Shown here: one piece after another, positions 12,371 to 25,931 of the stretch
Numbering within the stretch: the stretch's first letter is position 1
Layout of the letters: the number at the start of each line of letters is the position of its first letter
Source of the DNA: Eledone cirrhosa
Lineage: Eukaryota
Assembly (NCBI GenBank): GCA_964016885.1
Contig: OZ024741.1
Span: 57,722,001-57,786,000 of the forward strand
DNA: 64,000 bases
Direction of reading: 5' to 3'
The notes under the pieces: generated by a model
Databases searched by the model: none
What the model was told of the DNA's origin: nothing
What the model saw: only the letters and a program-made list of their open reading frames with translations
Made by a program: the position numbers and the translations under genes

Positions 12371-14155
12371 GTTCTTCTGGTTTTATAATTTCACAAATTT
12401 TTGCCAATAGAGAGTAGGTTTCTAACATAGACACAAGACTCTCTCATTGGAATTTACACAACATCAACTAGGTAGATATGCATGCATGTGTAGGTATGGA
12501 TGTTATTGTATGTGTGGATGTGTATGTTTTGAGTTGTCTGTGTGCATGTGCATATGCTTTGTATCTGTACATGTGTATATGCAGTTATTAAATGCAAATT
12601 TTTGGAATGTTTTACATATTTTTACTGTTCCATTAGTGGATTGTACTTGTAATTTCTTAACTAGTTGTGTTCTTTCTGTTCCTGTGAAGCCTAGCTTCTC
12701 AAGATTTGTATTGAGGCAGTTACTAACATATCCCAGTGCCCCAATAATCACAGGCATAAATCTGAAGGTGTAATCAGGGTAGAGTATCTGCAGATTTCTC
12801 ATTAGTTCTGCATAAATATTCTCCATTTAGCTAATCTTTGATATTATATTGGCATCTGCTGGGCAGCTAACTTCCACTATTGTGCATGTCTTCTTTTCCC
12901 TGTCCCATATCATTATATCTGGTCTGTTATGCCTGCATTTTATTGGAGTTTTGACTGGAACATTCCACTAGTACTCTTTCATATTATGTATATGTATGTC
13001 TTCCACATTGCTTTAGCTTTTAATGTGTTTATCATTGGGGCTATCTTTTCTACGGATTGCATTGTACAGTGTTTTGGCCACTACATCATGCCCCATAGGT
13101 AGATAGTACCGTGATGACATCTTTGGACAGCTGCTTATGACATGGGTGACATCTTTGATGTTAATTCTGCAGAGTCTGCACTTGTTGTCACATCTAGGTG
13201 TTTTGCCCTGCATCCCTATCTCTTTTGTGAATCAGGTATTTCGTGTTGATTTCTTGTTCTTGGATTGCAAAGGCATATCCTTCAAAGTGGGAGTCAATAT
13301 AGTGGTTGTTGGTACAAGATAGACTACTTTGCTTATCTATATTACTCTCACTCTGGAACTTCCTGGCAACATACCCATGCATGAATTTTTGCTGATAAGC
13401 ATGCAGTTTTTCATCCATGGATTCATTGCGGTACTGCTGAGCGACTGCTCTGGGTGTGAGTTTTTGATTTTCACACGGAATATTTTTCAAGGAGTTCCTT
13501 CCCAACTCCCATGATCTTATCTGTTTCGAGGTTCATAGCTGTTGTCGGAGGGATATGATGCAACATTCAAATGCCGTCTGTTAGGCCTTTGCTTCCCTGC
13601 TTACATTTCAAGTAAAGGCGGTCTATGTCACTGTTGATGTGGAAGTTTCTGGTGTTGTTTAGTATTTTTCGAATTCTAATATCAATTGCTCGGATTTCGT
13701 CTATTGTCCAATTGAGTATTCCAAACGTTGGTGTTAGGACAGGCACAGCAAATACATTGTGAGCCACTGTTTTGTTGTGCGCAGAGAGTTCCGATGACCA
13801 TATTTTTCTTAATCGGGTGTAGTATTCCCTGGTTACACGTTCCTTATTACAGATACCATTATAGGATATATTCTCATCTATTCCCAGGTATCTGTAGCAG
13901 TCCCCATCAGATATCGGTGAAACAGTTAGGCCATTGATGACAATGTTGCTAGATTGGGTTGTTATTTTTCCCCGCTTTACAGTCATATATGAGCATTTAT
14001 CTTGGCCAAGCTCCATTCCTATATCCTTTGAGAATGTTGTAACCAGGTTAAGATTTTTCTTCATCCCATCTATGTTCTTGGCATAGAGTTTCAGATCATC
14101 CACAAAGAAATTATGGGTTAGATTCATATTTCTGTCCTCCTGTGAGCCAATGATG
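12371..14155 (-). mobile_element. 5'-truncated R4/Dong-type non-LTR element (RT C-terminus, CCHC, restriction-like endonuclease)
   Basis: FVDDLKLY, YRYLG, SDIDRLYL, KFMHG, AIQEQEINTK, CRLC..THVISSCPKM..HDVVA, RPDIMIWD and PVIIGALG motifs. Frameshifted. Flanked by (TATG)n at 12335-12371 and 14156-14244. Confidence 0.85.
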
Positions 14156-14519
14156 TATGTATGTATGTATGTATGTATGTATGTATGTATGTATGTATGT
14201 ATGTATGTATGTATGTATGTATGTATGTATGTATGTATGTATGTATATATTTGTCCGTGTCCATGTGTATGTTTATATCTCTGCTTGTATTTATGTCCTA
14301 TAACTTAACAGTTTGACAAAGAGATTGATAAAATAAGTACGACACCTGATAAAATTGTATTTGAATTGACATGAGTGACAAAATCGGTGCAATGCCCCAG
14401 CATGATTGCATTTAACTATTGTAACCAGTAAAAAATAACAATATATATGACAAGCATGCTCACAATTTACATCCACTAAATTCACTCATGAGGCCTTGTT
14501 TGCACATATCTATTCTATA

Positions 14520-15430
14520 ATAATATATATAAATAAATTAGAGATGTATATGAAGCTATATTTATATATAATAAACATAGTAAAATACATAGTAAAACCT
14601 ACTACAGTCAGTAGGCATCTCTAACAAAATACACCCCCCCACCCCCACCCCATCCACACCGCCCCCTTCTATGTAAAGTTATGTTGGTGCCACACCATCC
14701 AGGCCGAAACAAATGAGATCGTGTAGGTGTCACGACAAAAAAACACACAGTCCACGCTGTAATGTGGCCATGTAGGCAACACGGTAAAAACCTCCCAGTC
14801 CACACTGTAAATGTGGTTGGTGTTAGGAAGGGCATCCAACTGTAGAAAACCTGCCAGGCAGTCCTATGCGAGCAAGTGGAAAAACCCCCGTCCAAACCCA
14901 TGCAAGCGTGGAACACGGACGTTAAACGTTGATGATGATGATGATGATGATGATGATATTATATATAACACATTTATATATAATAAACATATAGAAGTCT
15001 TACTACGAATATTTTAAGCTGTGGCTATGTCACAGCTATCTCAATAGCTGAGTAAGAGTGCCATACACTAGCGTTTTAGAATCTTTTAATCCATCACCAG
15101 TGACATTTACTGCCCCAGTACTGAAAGAATAAGCTATAGATTATATACTTTAGGCACCTGGAATATGCAAATGAAATTCTCCAGCAGGTGGTTTGTGTGC
15201 AAAATATAAATAGGCTTTGGCCTATTGTCTCAGTACTGAGAGGGTAAATGCCACTTATGATGGATTAAAAACTCCTGAAACAGAATGTCTGCTGGTCTCA
15301 CGTAGATGAGATAGCTGTGACATGATCACAGTTTAAAACATTCATAGTGAGAATTATATAAGTTTATTATGCATAAACATATTCTATATGATTTCATATA
15401 CAACTCTATTTTGAATTATGCTATGTTAGT
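14520..15430. mobile_element. Old foldback/MITE interrupted in its left arm by an RTE 3' UTR
   Basis: ~14960-15160 is an imperfect reverse complement of ~15200-15390 (gtcacagctatctca / tgagatagctgtgac; ttttaatccatca / tgatggattaaaa). Confidence 0.6.
14575..14957 (+). mobile_element. 3' UTR-only copy of the locally clustered RTE family
   Basis: Matches 28040-28427 (aaaacctactacagtcagtaggcatct, C-rich tract, (GAT)n tail). Confidence 0.85.
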
Positions 15431-16297
15431 GATACTTCTAATATATACATATAAATACATACATACACATACATACATATATATCTATATATGTGTGTGT
15501 ATATGTAAACACACACACATATGTGTGTATATATATATATATACATATACATACATATATATATATACATATACTTATATATATATATATACATATATAT
15601 ACATATATATATATGTATATATGTGTGTATGTATTTTTTCTTTTAACAATTTTCTTATTACACCGAGTGTATGTTGTTTGATAAAATATTTTTTTTAATA
15701 TGTGCAATGTTTACTTATTGATGTGTATATCAATAAATATCAATAACTATCAATAATGATCGAATGGGTGCTGTGTATCATTAAAAGCTTGAGAAAAATC
15801 AGTGAGGAAAGCCGTCAACTGATTATATTGAGAAGATTTAAATTCCTAAATGTATAAAAACTCAACAAATTTTGAATAACAGGTAGGTTATATCAAAGCT
15901 ATATTTTCTAAAGGTTTCTCCTCTCCTCCAATCTTCCCCCTTCTCTCTCTATTGTGCTCTGTTCTCTGTTCTCTGTCTCGGAAAAATATTTCTTGTTAAA
16001 TATAATATGATTGAAGTTATTTTTATCAATATCTGTTTGATATTTCTATAAAATATAGGAACTAAACATAATTGACCATGTGTCAACGTAATTTCAATGT
16101 TTTGCTTATTGATTCACAACATTACAGTAGATTGCAACCTACACTAGACACTAGCTAACCTTGTTGGACCTCTGTTGGTTCTGGCGATGTGTTTTCCAGT
16201 TGTTCAATCAATGGAACAGTCTGTTTGAGAAATTAACATACATGTGGCTGAGCATTCCACAGACACATTTGTGTTGGGCCTCCATTGGTTTTGATAT

Positions 16298-16498
16298 ATG
16301 AGAGTTAGCTGAACATTTTATAGGCTGATCAAGATACTCTCATGGAATGACCAAATGAGGTTTATTTTTCAGCATAGTTCTTGGAAAGAAACAATGCAGT
16401 TATTAATAATAAGAGTTGAAATTAATGCATGCAAGATTTCACAACTCTAGCATCACTCCTTCATAGTCAACTTATGAACTTTTTAGCTGACCCTTGTA
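16298..16498. mobile_element. Tc1/mariner-type MITE
   Basis: TIR-like ends gagagttagctgaacattttataggctga / tcaacttatgaactttttagctgacccttgta with TA flanks. An inverted sister copy lies at 18213-18403. Confidence 0.7.
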
Positions 16499-18212
16499 AG
16501 TGTTCTAGTTGTTCTATCAATGAGACAACCTGCTTGTGTAATTAATGTACAGGTGGCTGAGCATTCAACTGATATGTGTGTTGGGCTTACATTGGTTCTG
16601 TCAATGAGTGCTCCTGTGGCTCAATCAATGACATGGTCTGATTGTGGAATTAACACACAAGTGGCTGAGCTTTCTATAGAAACGTGCACCGTTAACTCTT
16701 CCATTATCATATTTCTAATGGGAAACTACCTGAATTTTTCAAATAATTTTGAAAATAATCGAGAATTTTGAGGAATTTTAGTAACATAATTAACTTTCTC
16801 ATTGTTAAGCTGGATTTTGGAACATAACTTAAAGGTTCTTACATAAAATGTTGATGTTAAAATAAACAGTTTTGTACCATAAAACTGGGGGCAGTTTCAG
16901 ACATATTGGTATCAGAAGGATTTATATAATCCTCAGGGAGATTCAGTGTGACACACTTGTGACAAGAGTGGCTCTTTAAATTACAGAAGCAATTCATTTT
17001 TGCCATCTGTGTTGACAGGAGTAATATGAAATAAAGATACACTAACCCAAATATTTAAAAATACATACATAAGGCAAACATGTATGCAATACACAAATGC
17101 ATATTCACATGTACTCACACTTACATAGATAAATTCCATGTTTGATATCTATGTTTGTTTAAGTTCTGCCAGTTTTGATAATGAGTGTTCCAGTTGTTTG
17201 AGCAATGGAACAGCTTGCTTGTGAAATTAATGTGCCAATGGTTGAGCATTCTACAAACATATAAACCCCTTAACATAGCTTTCAGCAAGATTCAGTGTGG
17301 CACAGTATGTGACAAGGTTGGTACTTTGAATTGCAGACACAGTTAATTTTTTTCCAGCTGAGTAAACTGGAGCAATGTAAAATAAAGTGTTTTTTGAAGA
17401 AGATAAAGGTATTGCTGGGAATTGCCTTAAAGAGATTTAGTCAAAAATATCAATCTAATGCATATTTAAACAAAAAGATCTGGTACTTATTTCATTAGTT
17501 TCATTTTTGTTGAACTGTTAAATTATGGGACGCTGATATAAATACATAAATACAGACATAAACACATATATAAATGTATATCACCATCATTTAATGCTAA
17601 CAAGAGTTGGATCAAATACATGGGTATTGAACTATATTTTCAATGCTTACACAGAACTCTTAATTTGAATCAGGAACTCTACCTAGTATCTTGGTACTCT
17701 ACTAGTCCATCCTTCAAATCACCAATGGGTTACCTAAGGATTTCTATGACCTTCCTTGTTTTTCTTATTTCTTCTGTTTTCTTTTCCTTCTCCCTTTCTT
17801 TTTTCTTTTCCCTCACCTTGTTCTCCTTCTTGTTTCCATTTCGTCCTGCCCAACTCACCTATCTTGATAAACCTTTCCCTTTTTTCCCTCAACTTTCCGA
17901 CCTCCTCTATCTCTTAACTTTACTCTTTCCTGCTGAAGAACTAACATCTGATACATTGTCACATTTAATTTTCCTTTTTTCACAAGCTTCAATATGAGCC
18001 AGACAGAAGCATAGAAACGTCTTCTCTGATATTCTCTGAGTTTCTCAATGAATTTCTTGATAATGGATGGTACATCTGAAATATATTGGGACTATTAAGT
18101 ATTTCAAAGGTAACATTTTTTATTCATGTTTTTTTTTCCTATTCTCCACACAATCTCACCTCTGTCATTCCTCACTTGAGTTGCTTACAAGACATAATCA
18201 CTTATATATATA

Positions 18213-18403
18213 CACAAAGGTTAGCTGAAACATTCATAGGTTGACTAGGAAGGAGTGATGTTAGAGCTGTGAAATCTTGCATGCATTCATTTCAACTCTT
18301 CTTTTTAATAATTGCATTGTTTCTTTCCAGGGACTATGTTTAAAAATAAACCTCATTTGGTCATTCCATGAGAGTATTTTGGTCAGCCTATAAACTTTTC
18401 AGC
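18213..18403. mobile_element. Tc1/mariner-type MITE (second copy)
   Basis: Reverse complement of 16298-16498. Confidence 0.7.
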
Positions 18404-18816
18404 AGGAGTGAACCCAGAATTACATAGTTGCAAAGTGAACTCTTTAACCATACAGCCATATTTGTACCTATATTTTATTTTATTGTATTCTATTTCCCAC
18501 AGTGAGAAAATTTCAGTAGACATAACATTACAGATAAATATCCAGATAAAGGTTTTTGGATTTTAAATGAAACTGACAAAAATCTGCCCCTGATAATAGG
18601 AACATTAATTCTGAAACAACTAAAAGTTGATGAAATTGATATTGAAAATACCTTCATGAAAATCAACAAATGACTTTGTTTCCACAGAAATATTTTTCAG
18701 CATTGATCATTATCAAACAAAATAAATAATAAGATCTTGAATTGAATGGATTGGAATAGAATAGAATGGAATGGAATAAGCTACTAAAATGAATAGGAAT
18801 AGGCATAATGTACATA

Positions 18817-18819
<3 letters not shown>

Positions 18820-18893
<74 letters not shown>

Positions 18894-18919
18894 ACATGCA
18901 TATATATATACACACACAT

Positions 18920-18950
<31 letters not shown>

Positions 18951-19409
18951 CATACATATATATATACATATACATATATATATATATACATATATGTTGA
19001 CATGCATATATATATATATATACACACATATATATATATGTATATATATATGCATATATATATATACATACATATATACATATACATATATACATATACA
19101 TACATATACATATATACATACGTATATACATATATACATACATATATACATACATATACATATATACATACATATATACATATGCATATATATATATAAG
19201 AGCATAACAAATGTAGACACACTTCAACAGCATTCTAATAAAACTGTGTATACATTTTTGGGGGATACCCTGTATATATATATATATATATAATTATGTG
19301 TGTGTGTATATATAGATATATGTGTGTGTATATATAAATATAATATATGTGTATTTATATACATATATAAATATGTGTATATATAAATATAAATATGTGT
19401 ATTTATATA

Positions 19410-19449
<40 letters not shown>

Positions 19450-19470
19450 AAATATAATGCATATATGTAT
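18820..19470. repeat. Compound (TA)n/(CA)n/(TACA)n microsatellite
   Basis: Visible directly; it explains the YI/HI-rich ORFs. Confidence 0.95.
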
Positions 19471-19699
19471 GTATAAGTGCATGCGATGTTTATGCACACA
19501 GTGTGGGGGTTTAAATTTGTGAGTGTATTAACATACGTATGTGCAGTTTATGACAGTAAATCTCTATTAACATCCTAAACAATTGTTAGATGACCTTCAT
19601 CTTCTCTGATGAGCATATCATGCATATGAAACCTGTTCAAATATTTATTGTGATATATCTAAAGCAGAACCATTAATATAATCCAATTGTTTATAAACA

Positions 19700-20275
19700 A
19701 TTGCCATTATAATAGTCAAATTGTTCATAATAATGTTATTGATGATGATGAAGATGATGTTGTTGTTGTTTGTGATGATGATGATAATAATGATAATGAT
19801 GTTGATGATGTTGTTAATATTCTCGATGATGTTGGTGATGATGTTGTTGATAATGTTGTTATGGTGGCGGTGATGTTGATGATGAAATCTATAGTATATT
19901 ATATTGAATATCATCCAAATTTATTTGCTAAATATGATTAATTGATTGTCAAAATCTTTGTCATCACTAATGTCATCATCATCATCATCGCCATCATCAT
20001 CGTCATCATCATCATCGTCATCATGATCTTCATTGTAATGATATTAATTAATCATTATGGAAAGTTTTCATTATCATCATCATAATGGTAGAAATCATCA
20101 GCATCATCATCTTCATCATTCAAATATCTCTGTCACTAACATGAAGCTATCATCATAAGCTATCATCATCACTATCACCATCAGCAATTATTATCATCAA
20201 TAATGTCAACAACATCAATGCATCACTATTATCATCATCAACACCACTGCCACAGCAGCAAAAACAGCAACAACA
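19700..20275. repeat. Degenerate (GAT)n then (CAT)n trinucleotide tracts
   Basis: Visible directly; the two tracts are in opposite orientation. Confidence 0.85.
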
Positions 20276-20906
20276 TACATACATATATAAATACATATAT
20301 ATATAAGAAAATGAGGTTTTTTTTTTAATGGAAAAAAAAACGAGATGTCCTACACGAGTGAAAGTATAAGGAAAAGAAATTGAAAATGCAACTGGTGTCT
20401 TTTTAAGAATATTTATTTGTTTCCTTTACCGGTTTCACAGTTCTTATGCTTTCAAAAGTAGAATTGAGATGCAGGGTTTGTGGAAACCCTCCATCTCAAT
20501 TCTACTTTTGAAAACCATAAGAACTGTGAAACCGGTAAAGGAAACAAATTATCATCATCATCACTGTTTAACATCCATTTTCCATGTTTGCATGGGTTGG
20601 GCAGGTCACCCATGACATGAGAAAAGTCTGTCCAGTTGGCTGTGCCATATCTTGCTCAGATGAAACTGTAATTTTGGCTGCGATTTTTACAGATGGATGC
20701 CCTTCCTAACACCAACCACATTTACACTGTGGGACTAGATGGCATCATTATAAGGAGCCAAGCCTTACTCATAGTGGAGCCCTGAGTGGCGCTGTTATGA
20801 GGAGGATCTGGCCAATTGACTGTGCCATACCCTGCCCTCAATGGAACCAAAATTTGGGAGCTGGGTGGTAACACCATGAGGAAGGTTGGGCCAATATATA
20901 TATATA

Positions 20907-21490
20907 TCATCATCATCATCATTGTTTAACGTCCATCTTCCACGCTAGCATGGGTTTAGATGGGAATTGTCCCACTTGAGGCAAGATTGGTCAGGAGACC
21001 GTGTCTCACTCGTATAGGACTGTCTGGCAGGTTTTCTACGGCTGGATGCCCTTCCTAACACCAACCATGTTTACAGTGTGGACTGGGAGGTTTTTCCCAT
21101 GTTACCTACACGGCCACATTACAGCGTGGACTGTGTGTTTTTTTTGTTGTGACACCTACACAACCTCATTTATTTTGGACTGGATGTTGTGGTACCAACA
21201 TAATTTTACAGAGAGAGGGTGGTGTTGGTGGGAGTAGGGGTAGTAGGATGGGGGTGTATATTTGGTTAAGAGGTGCCTACTGACTGTACATAGGCAAGGG
21301 GGATCTTCTGTATTACTGCGTAGCGCCAAAGATCTCGGTCCAGTGACATTGTCTTAGAAAGGTGTAAGTGTGTAAGGTCGGAATTTATCAAATCGTCCCA
21401 GGTTTTTCTGGGTCTACCTACTCTGTAACTTTCATCAATTTTGGTCGCCCTGCACTTTTTTATACAGCTGTCGTCTTTCATGCGCATCAC
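20907..21490 (-). mobile_element. 5'-truncated RTE LINE (clustered family)
   Basis: ORF 21266-21490 (MRMKDDSCIKKC..GRPRKTWDDL..DRDLWR), 3' UTR and (GAT)n tail. Confidence 0.9.
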
Positions 21491-21504
21491 TCACATGACC
21501 ATAC

Positions 21505-21539
<35 letters not shown>

Positions 21540-21695
21540 CACATACATATGATCTCGCTTCAGTCACAAATGAAAATGGGATTTGCACATAGAAAGTTCC
21601 CCTTTGAGGCAAAATCCGGGGCAAGGTTTTTTTAGTGAAAGACCATGCATACCAGTCTCTCTTCTTCATGCCACCAATGTTGTCTAAGGGAAAGG

Positions 21696-21736
<41 letters not shown>

Positions 21737-22571
21737 TAGAAATGGTCAGTGTTTCAAGGCTAGTAATAGTAGTAGTAGCAACAGCAGCAGTAGTTATTGT
21801 CGCAGTTAATAAAAAAATATTTTGGTAGCTTTGTTTAAGCTGAATAATATGATTATATATATTTTTGGTTGTTATCTTCTCTCTCTGTTTTCCTTTGTTA
21901 TATTTATACTTTTATTCCTTAAAATGTCTTCGCCATTAAAAGTTAACAGAAGATAAATGAATTAACAGAAATTCACTTCAATATATGTCTACAATATAAT
22001 CTATAGAAAATCATTATCATCATCATCATCATCATCATTATTATTATTATTATTACTATTATTATTATTATCGCTATTCTGAAAGCTTACATCGCCCAAG
22101 GAAACTCAAGCATATAACAATCACTCCAGGCTTGCTAGCTTATCACTGAATGAATTTAAAAAAAAGTTGTTTTTGTAAACATATGTGTTTTAGTTATTTT
22201 CTTCTGTTTTGTTGTTGTGTTTTTTTTGTGCGTGTGTTTTGTTCATTTTTTTCCCCCCTGGCTGCTATTTGTGGTAATACAAATACTGTCAAATATAGAT
22301 ATATATAGGGTAAATGCCTTCTGAACTCTCTCCAGACCCACTTCAAATTATCGATTTTATCTTCAGGGATCTCACTTCATGCATGTCCTTAAACCCATTG
22401 GGAATGGTAAAAATAACGACAATTCTTATTCCTTTCAATGTCATTTCATTTCTTCTGAAACTTCGAAAATTAATTCATGGAAAATATAATTCATTTTACA
22501 TAAGGCAGAACACATATCTATTCTTATTTTTTTAACGTTTTACCGGTTTTAACCATTAGTCTGCAGTCATG

Positions 22572-22573
<2 letters not shown>

Positions 22574-22604
<31 letters not shown>

Positions 22605-23610
22605 TTAACGTCCATATTCCACGCTTGCATGGGTTTGGACGGGAGTTTTCCAACTTGAGGCAAGAATGGTTGTCTTGCTCGTATAGGACTGTCTGGTGGG
22701 TTTTCTACGGCTGGATGCCCTTCCTAACACCAACCACATTTACAGTGAGGAACTGGGAGGTTTTTACCGTGTTGCCTACACGGCCACATTACAGCGTGGA
22801 CTGTGTGTTTTTTTGTCGAGACACCTACACGACCTCATTTGTTTCGGCCTGGATGTTGGTACCAACATAACTTTACATTGAAAGGGGTGGTGTGGGTGGG
22901 GTGGGGGTAGTGAGACGAGGGTGTATTTTGTTAGAGGTGCCTACTGAATGTAGTAGGTTTTACTTTGTATTTAGGTAAGGCAAGTCTTCTGTATTACTGT
23001 GTAGCGCCAAAGATCTCGGTCCAGTGACATTGTCTTGGAGGTGTAAGTGTGTGAGGTCGGAATTTATCAAGTCGTCCCAGGTTTTTCTGGGTCTGCCTAC
23101 TCCGTGGCTACCGTCTATTTTTATTGCCCTGCACTTTTTTATACAGCTGTCGTCTTTCATGCGCATCACGTGACCATTCCAACGTAGCCTTCTCTCGAGT
23201 AAACAACATCTGATCCCTCTTATTTCTAATTTTTCCCTTAGTTCGTTTATGCTTTGCCGTTCACGTATATTACTATTACACATCCAGCGGAGCATGCAAG
23301 CTTCGTTCCTCTCTAGTCTGCGTATATCCTCTGCACACAATGCCCAGGTCTCACTGCCATGCAACATTGCTGTTCGTATGTAGGCATCATACAGCCTGCC
23401 TTTCATTTTTAGGGAGAACCCTTTAGCGGCTAATAGTGGTATAAGCTCTCTGAACTTTTTCCATCCAGTTCTGACTCTAGCTACTGTACTTTCAGAGCAC
23501 CCTCCCCCACTGCTGATTTTGTCACCCAGGTAACAGAAGCTGTCCACTATTTCTATAGAACCATCTGTGCAATTGAAAGAGCTAGTATTCTGTGGGCACC
23601 CTGTAACACT
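22574..23610 (-). mobile_element. 5'-truncated RTE LINE (clustered family)
   Basis: ORF 22960-23634: FCYLGD, HGSETW, RRLRWNGHVMR, GRPRKTW; 3' UTR and (GAT)n tail. Confidence 0.92.
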
Positions 23611-23875
23611 AACTTCAAAAAACGAGACAATCACTTGATCAGCTACAGATCAGGGGAACATACCAGCCAGGTAGATTATATCCTTACCAGAAGACGTGAC
23701 AGAGTGTCTGTTGTAAACACTAAATCCTTCCCCTATGAAGAATGCACCTCCCAACATAGACTGATAATTAGCGACCTCATAGTCAGGACGAGACGTACCC
23801 GACAGCAGAAAAGGACTATCCTTAGGAGAAAAATATGAAAGCTAAAGGACCCCACAGCCAGAAATAAATTTTGTA
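23611..23875 (+). mobile_element. Inverted RTE APE-endonuclease fragment
   Basis: LISYRSGEHTSQVDYILTRR..EECTSQHRLIISD are APE C-terminal motifs, on the strand opposite the adjacent RTE body. Confidence 0.85.
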
Positions 23876-25432
23876 TCAACCCCCCCCCCCCCGTACTTAT
23901 TTATTTCAAGTCTGTCATCTATTTTATTAAACTCTGTTTGTTGAACCACTAAGTTATGGGACAAACACAAACATAAACACACTTGAACACGCATAACCAC
24001 ACATACAATAAAGCTTCTGCAGTTTCCATCTTACTTCAAATTATAACTTTCCTCATAGGTCTACTCAATGTTGTATGATCTAAGGCTAAAGAAGAAGAAG
24101 AAGAACAACAAATCCCATGTTCAACAAGGAATCTGCTTCATCAGTTCTTCTGAACATTTCTTCTACTTTCGCTACTTGATGTCATTCACAACTTATAACT
24201 TGAATCCTATGTAAAAAATACACTAAACTATCTACACATATAAGAGCCCATGCTACTGCCAAAATAATATCTTTAAGATAGCATGTTAGCACTGTAAGCA
24301 CACACACACACACGCACATACACACACACACACACACACACATATATATGTCTATATATATATATAGAGAGAGAGAAGAGAGTTAGATTAATAGATTAAT
24401 AGATACAATCTGCTGGGCCATATGTGCAGAAAATACTACCAAAAAAACCAAACAAACAAAAAAAAACCGAAACAGTTCATTAAAAAACAAAGCAAAAAAT
24501 ACAAAAAACAAAAAATGATGACTTTATAATAAAATATAACGTTGGATCTATGAAAAAAAACAAACAAAACAAACAATAACAATAGACACAAAGTAACATT
24601 CTTTCTGATAAATGACTTTTTTTAACTTTTTACATTAAAAGTCATATGTATGTTATCACAGGTGTTTTTGCTATTGTTTGTATTTTTTTCCATTTGGATT
24701 TCATATCTGACGGCGTCAATAATGTTGGAAAAGTCTGTGAATTTGGTAGTAAATACAATTTGAATCCCATTACCATTTATTTATGAATACAAGATAAGCA
24801 CTACCTGTTGAAATAGTAAAGTTTAGTTGAATTATTATATTTGGTATTTCTAAACTAAACGCAAAGTATTTAGAAAACAATTCTCAGAATTGATTTAACT
24901 TTTAAATCACATTAGTAAGACATTCTTGAAAAATACAAAACAACAGGTTAGCTTTGCTTAGGAGGTCGATAAAATAAAGTACCAGTAATTCAGTGGAATC
25001 AGTTTAATCGACTTTCCCACACCTCCAAATATCTAGCCTTGTGCTAAAAGTAGAAACAATTATATATAATAGGTTTGCAATGATCCAATCACCAGACGGG
25101 TTCACTACCTTTGTAACAGTCAGAGTCACAAAGGATTGCGTCTGGAACTTGGGTGGAATAAATATCATAAGGAACATTATTCAAAAGATACAGGTTACTA
25201 TTGGTTTACTTGATAATGTTTATAAAGTACAGTCAAATTGCACTTTAAACGGATAGCAATCTAAGCCATATTATGTGCATAAAACAGAAAAAAATTCTAA
25301 TCAGATACCTCATGATGTATCTCGCATCTGACTTAACTTTTGAACTGTGAAACTGGGAAAATTATTGTGAATAAATTTTCTTAAAGACTCCATTTATATT
25401 TTCAACTTTTTTTTCCTATAAATATGTATATA

Positions 25433-25510
<78 letters not shown>

Positions 25511-25749
25511 TGTAATAAACAATATAAGGCAATTATTTCATTTACCAGTGGTTTCTTAAAAGCAAAAGATTTTGCTTTCAATCCTCAGAATGAAAAAATC
25601 CTGGTCTGTTTATTGAATTTGGATTTTAAAAACAAAAATGCAATCTATATGAAAGTGAGGCTGGAGAAGGAAGAAGGAAAGGAAAAATAAAATAAAACTA
25701 CACATGCAAACACACACACAAAAACACGCACACTCACACACAAAAGCAT

Positions 25750-25810
<61 letters not shown>

Positions 25811-25931
25811 TATATACATATACATACTCATACATACACACACACACATATATACACACATATATGTGTATATAAATACACACATACACATACATATACA
25901 CATATATACATACGCACATAAATATCAACAC

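Noticed and set aside
18503-18673. Strong-looking acceptor followed by ~50 open codons; similar cases at 24.7, 25.1, 48.7-48.9 and 58.1 kb
   Set aside because: No recognisable domain, donors are absent or frames contain stops; needs RNA-seq.
18663-19522. YI/HT/CV-rich ORFs here and at 4, 15, 25-28, 42, 44 and 56-57 kb
   Set aside because: Translations of dinucleotide and tetranucleotide microsatellites.
19575-19632. Possible minus-strand terminal exon FHMHDMLIREDEGHLTIV*
   Set aside because: Weak acceptor, very short, no recognisable homology and no partner exons.
22073-22150. Box C/D snoRNA
   Set aside because: No correctly ordered C box and D box with a terminal stem on either strand.
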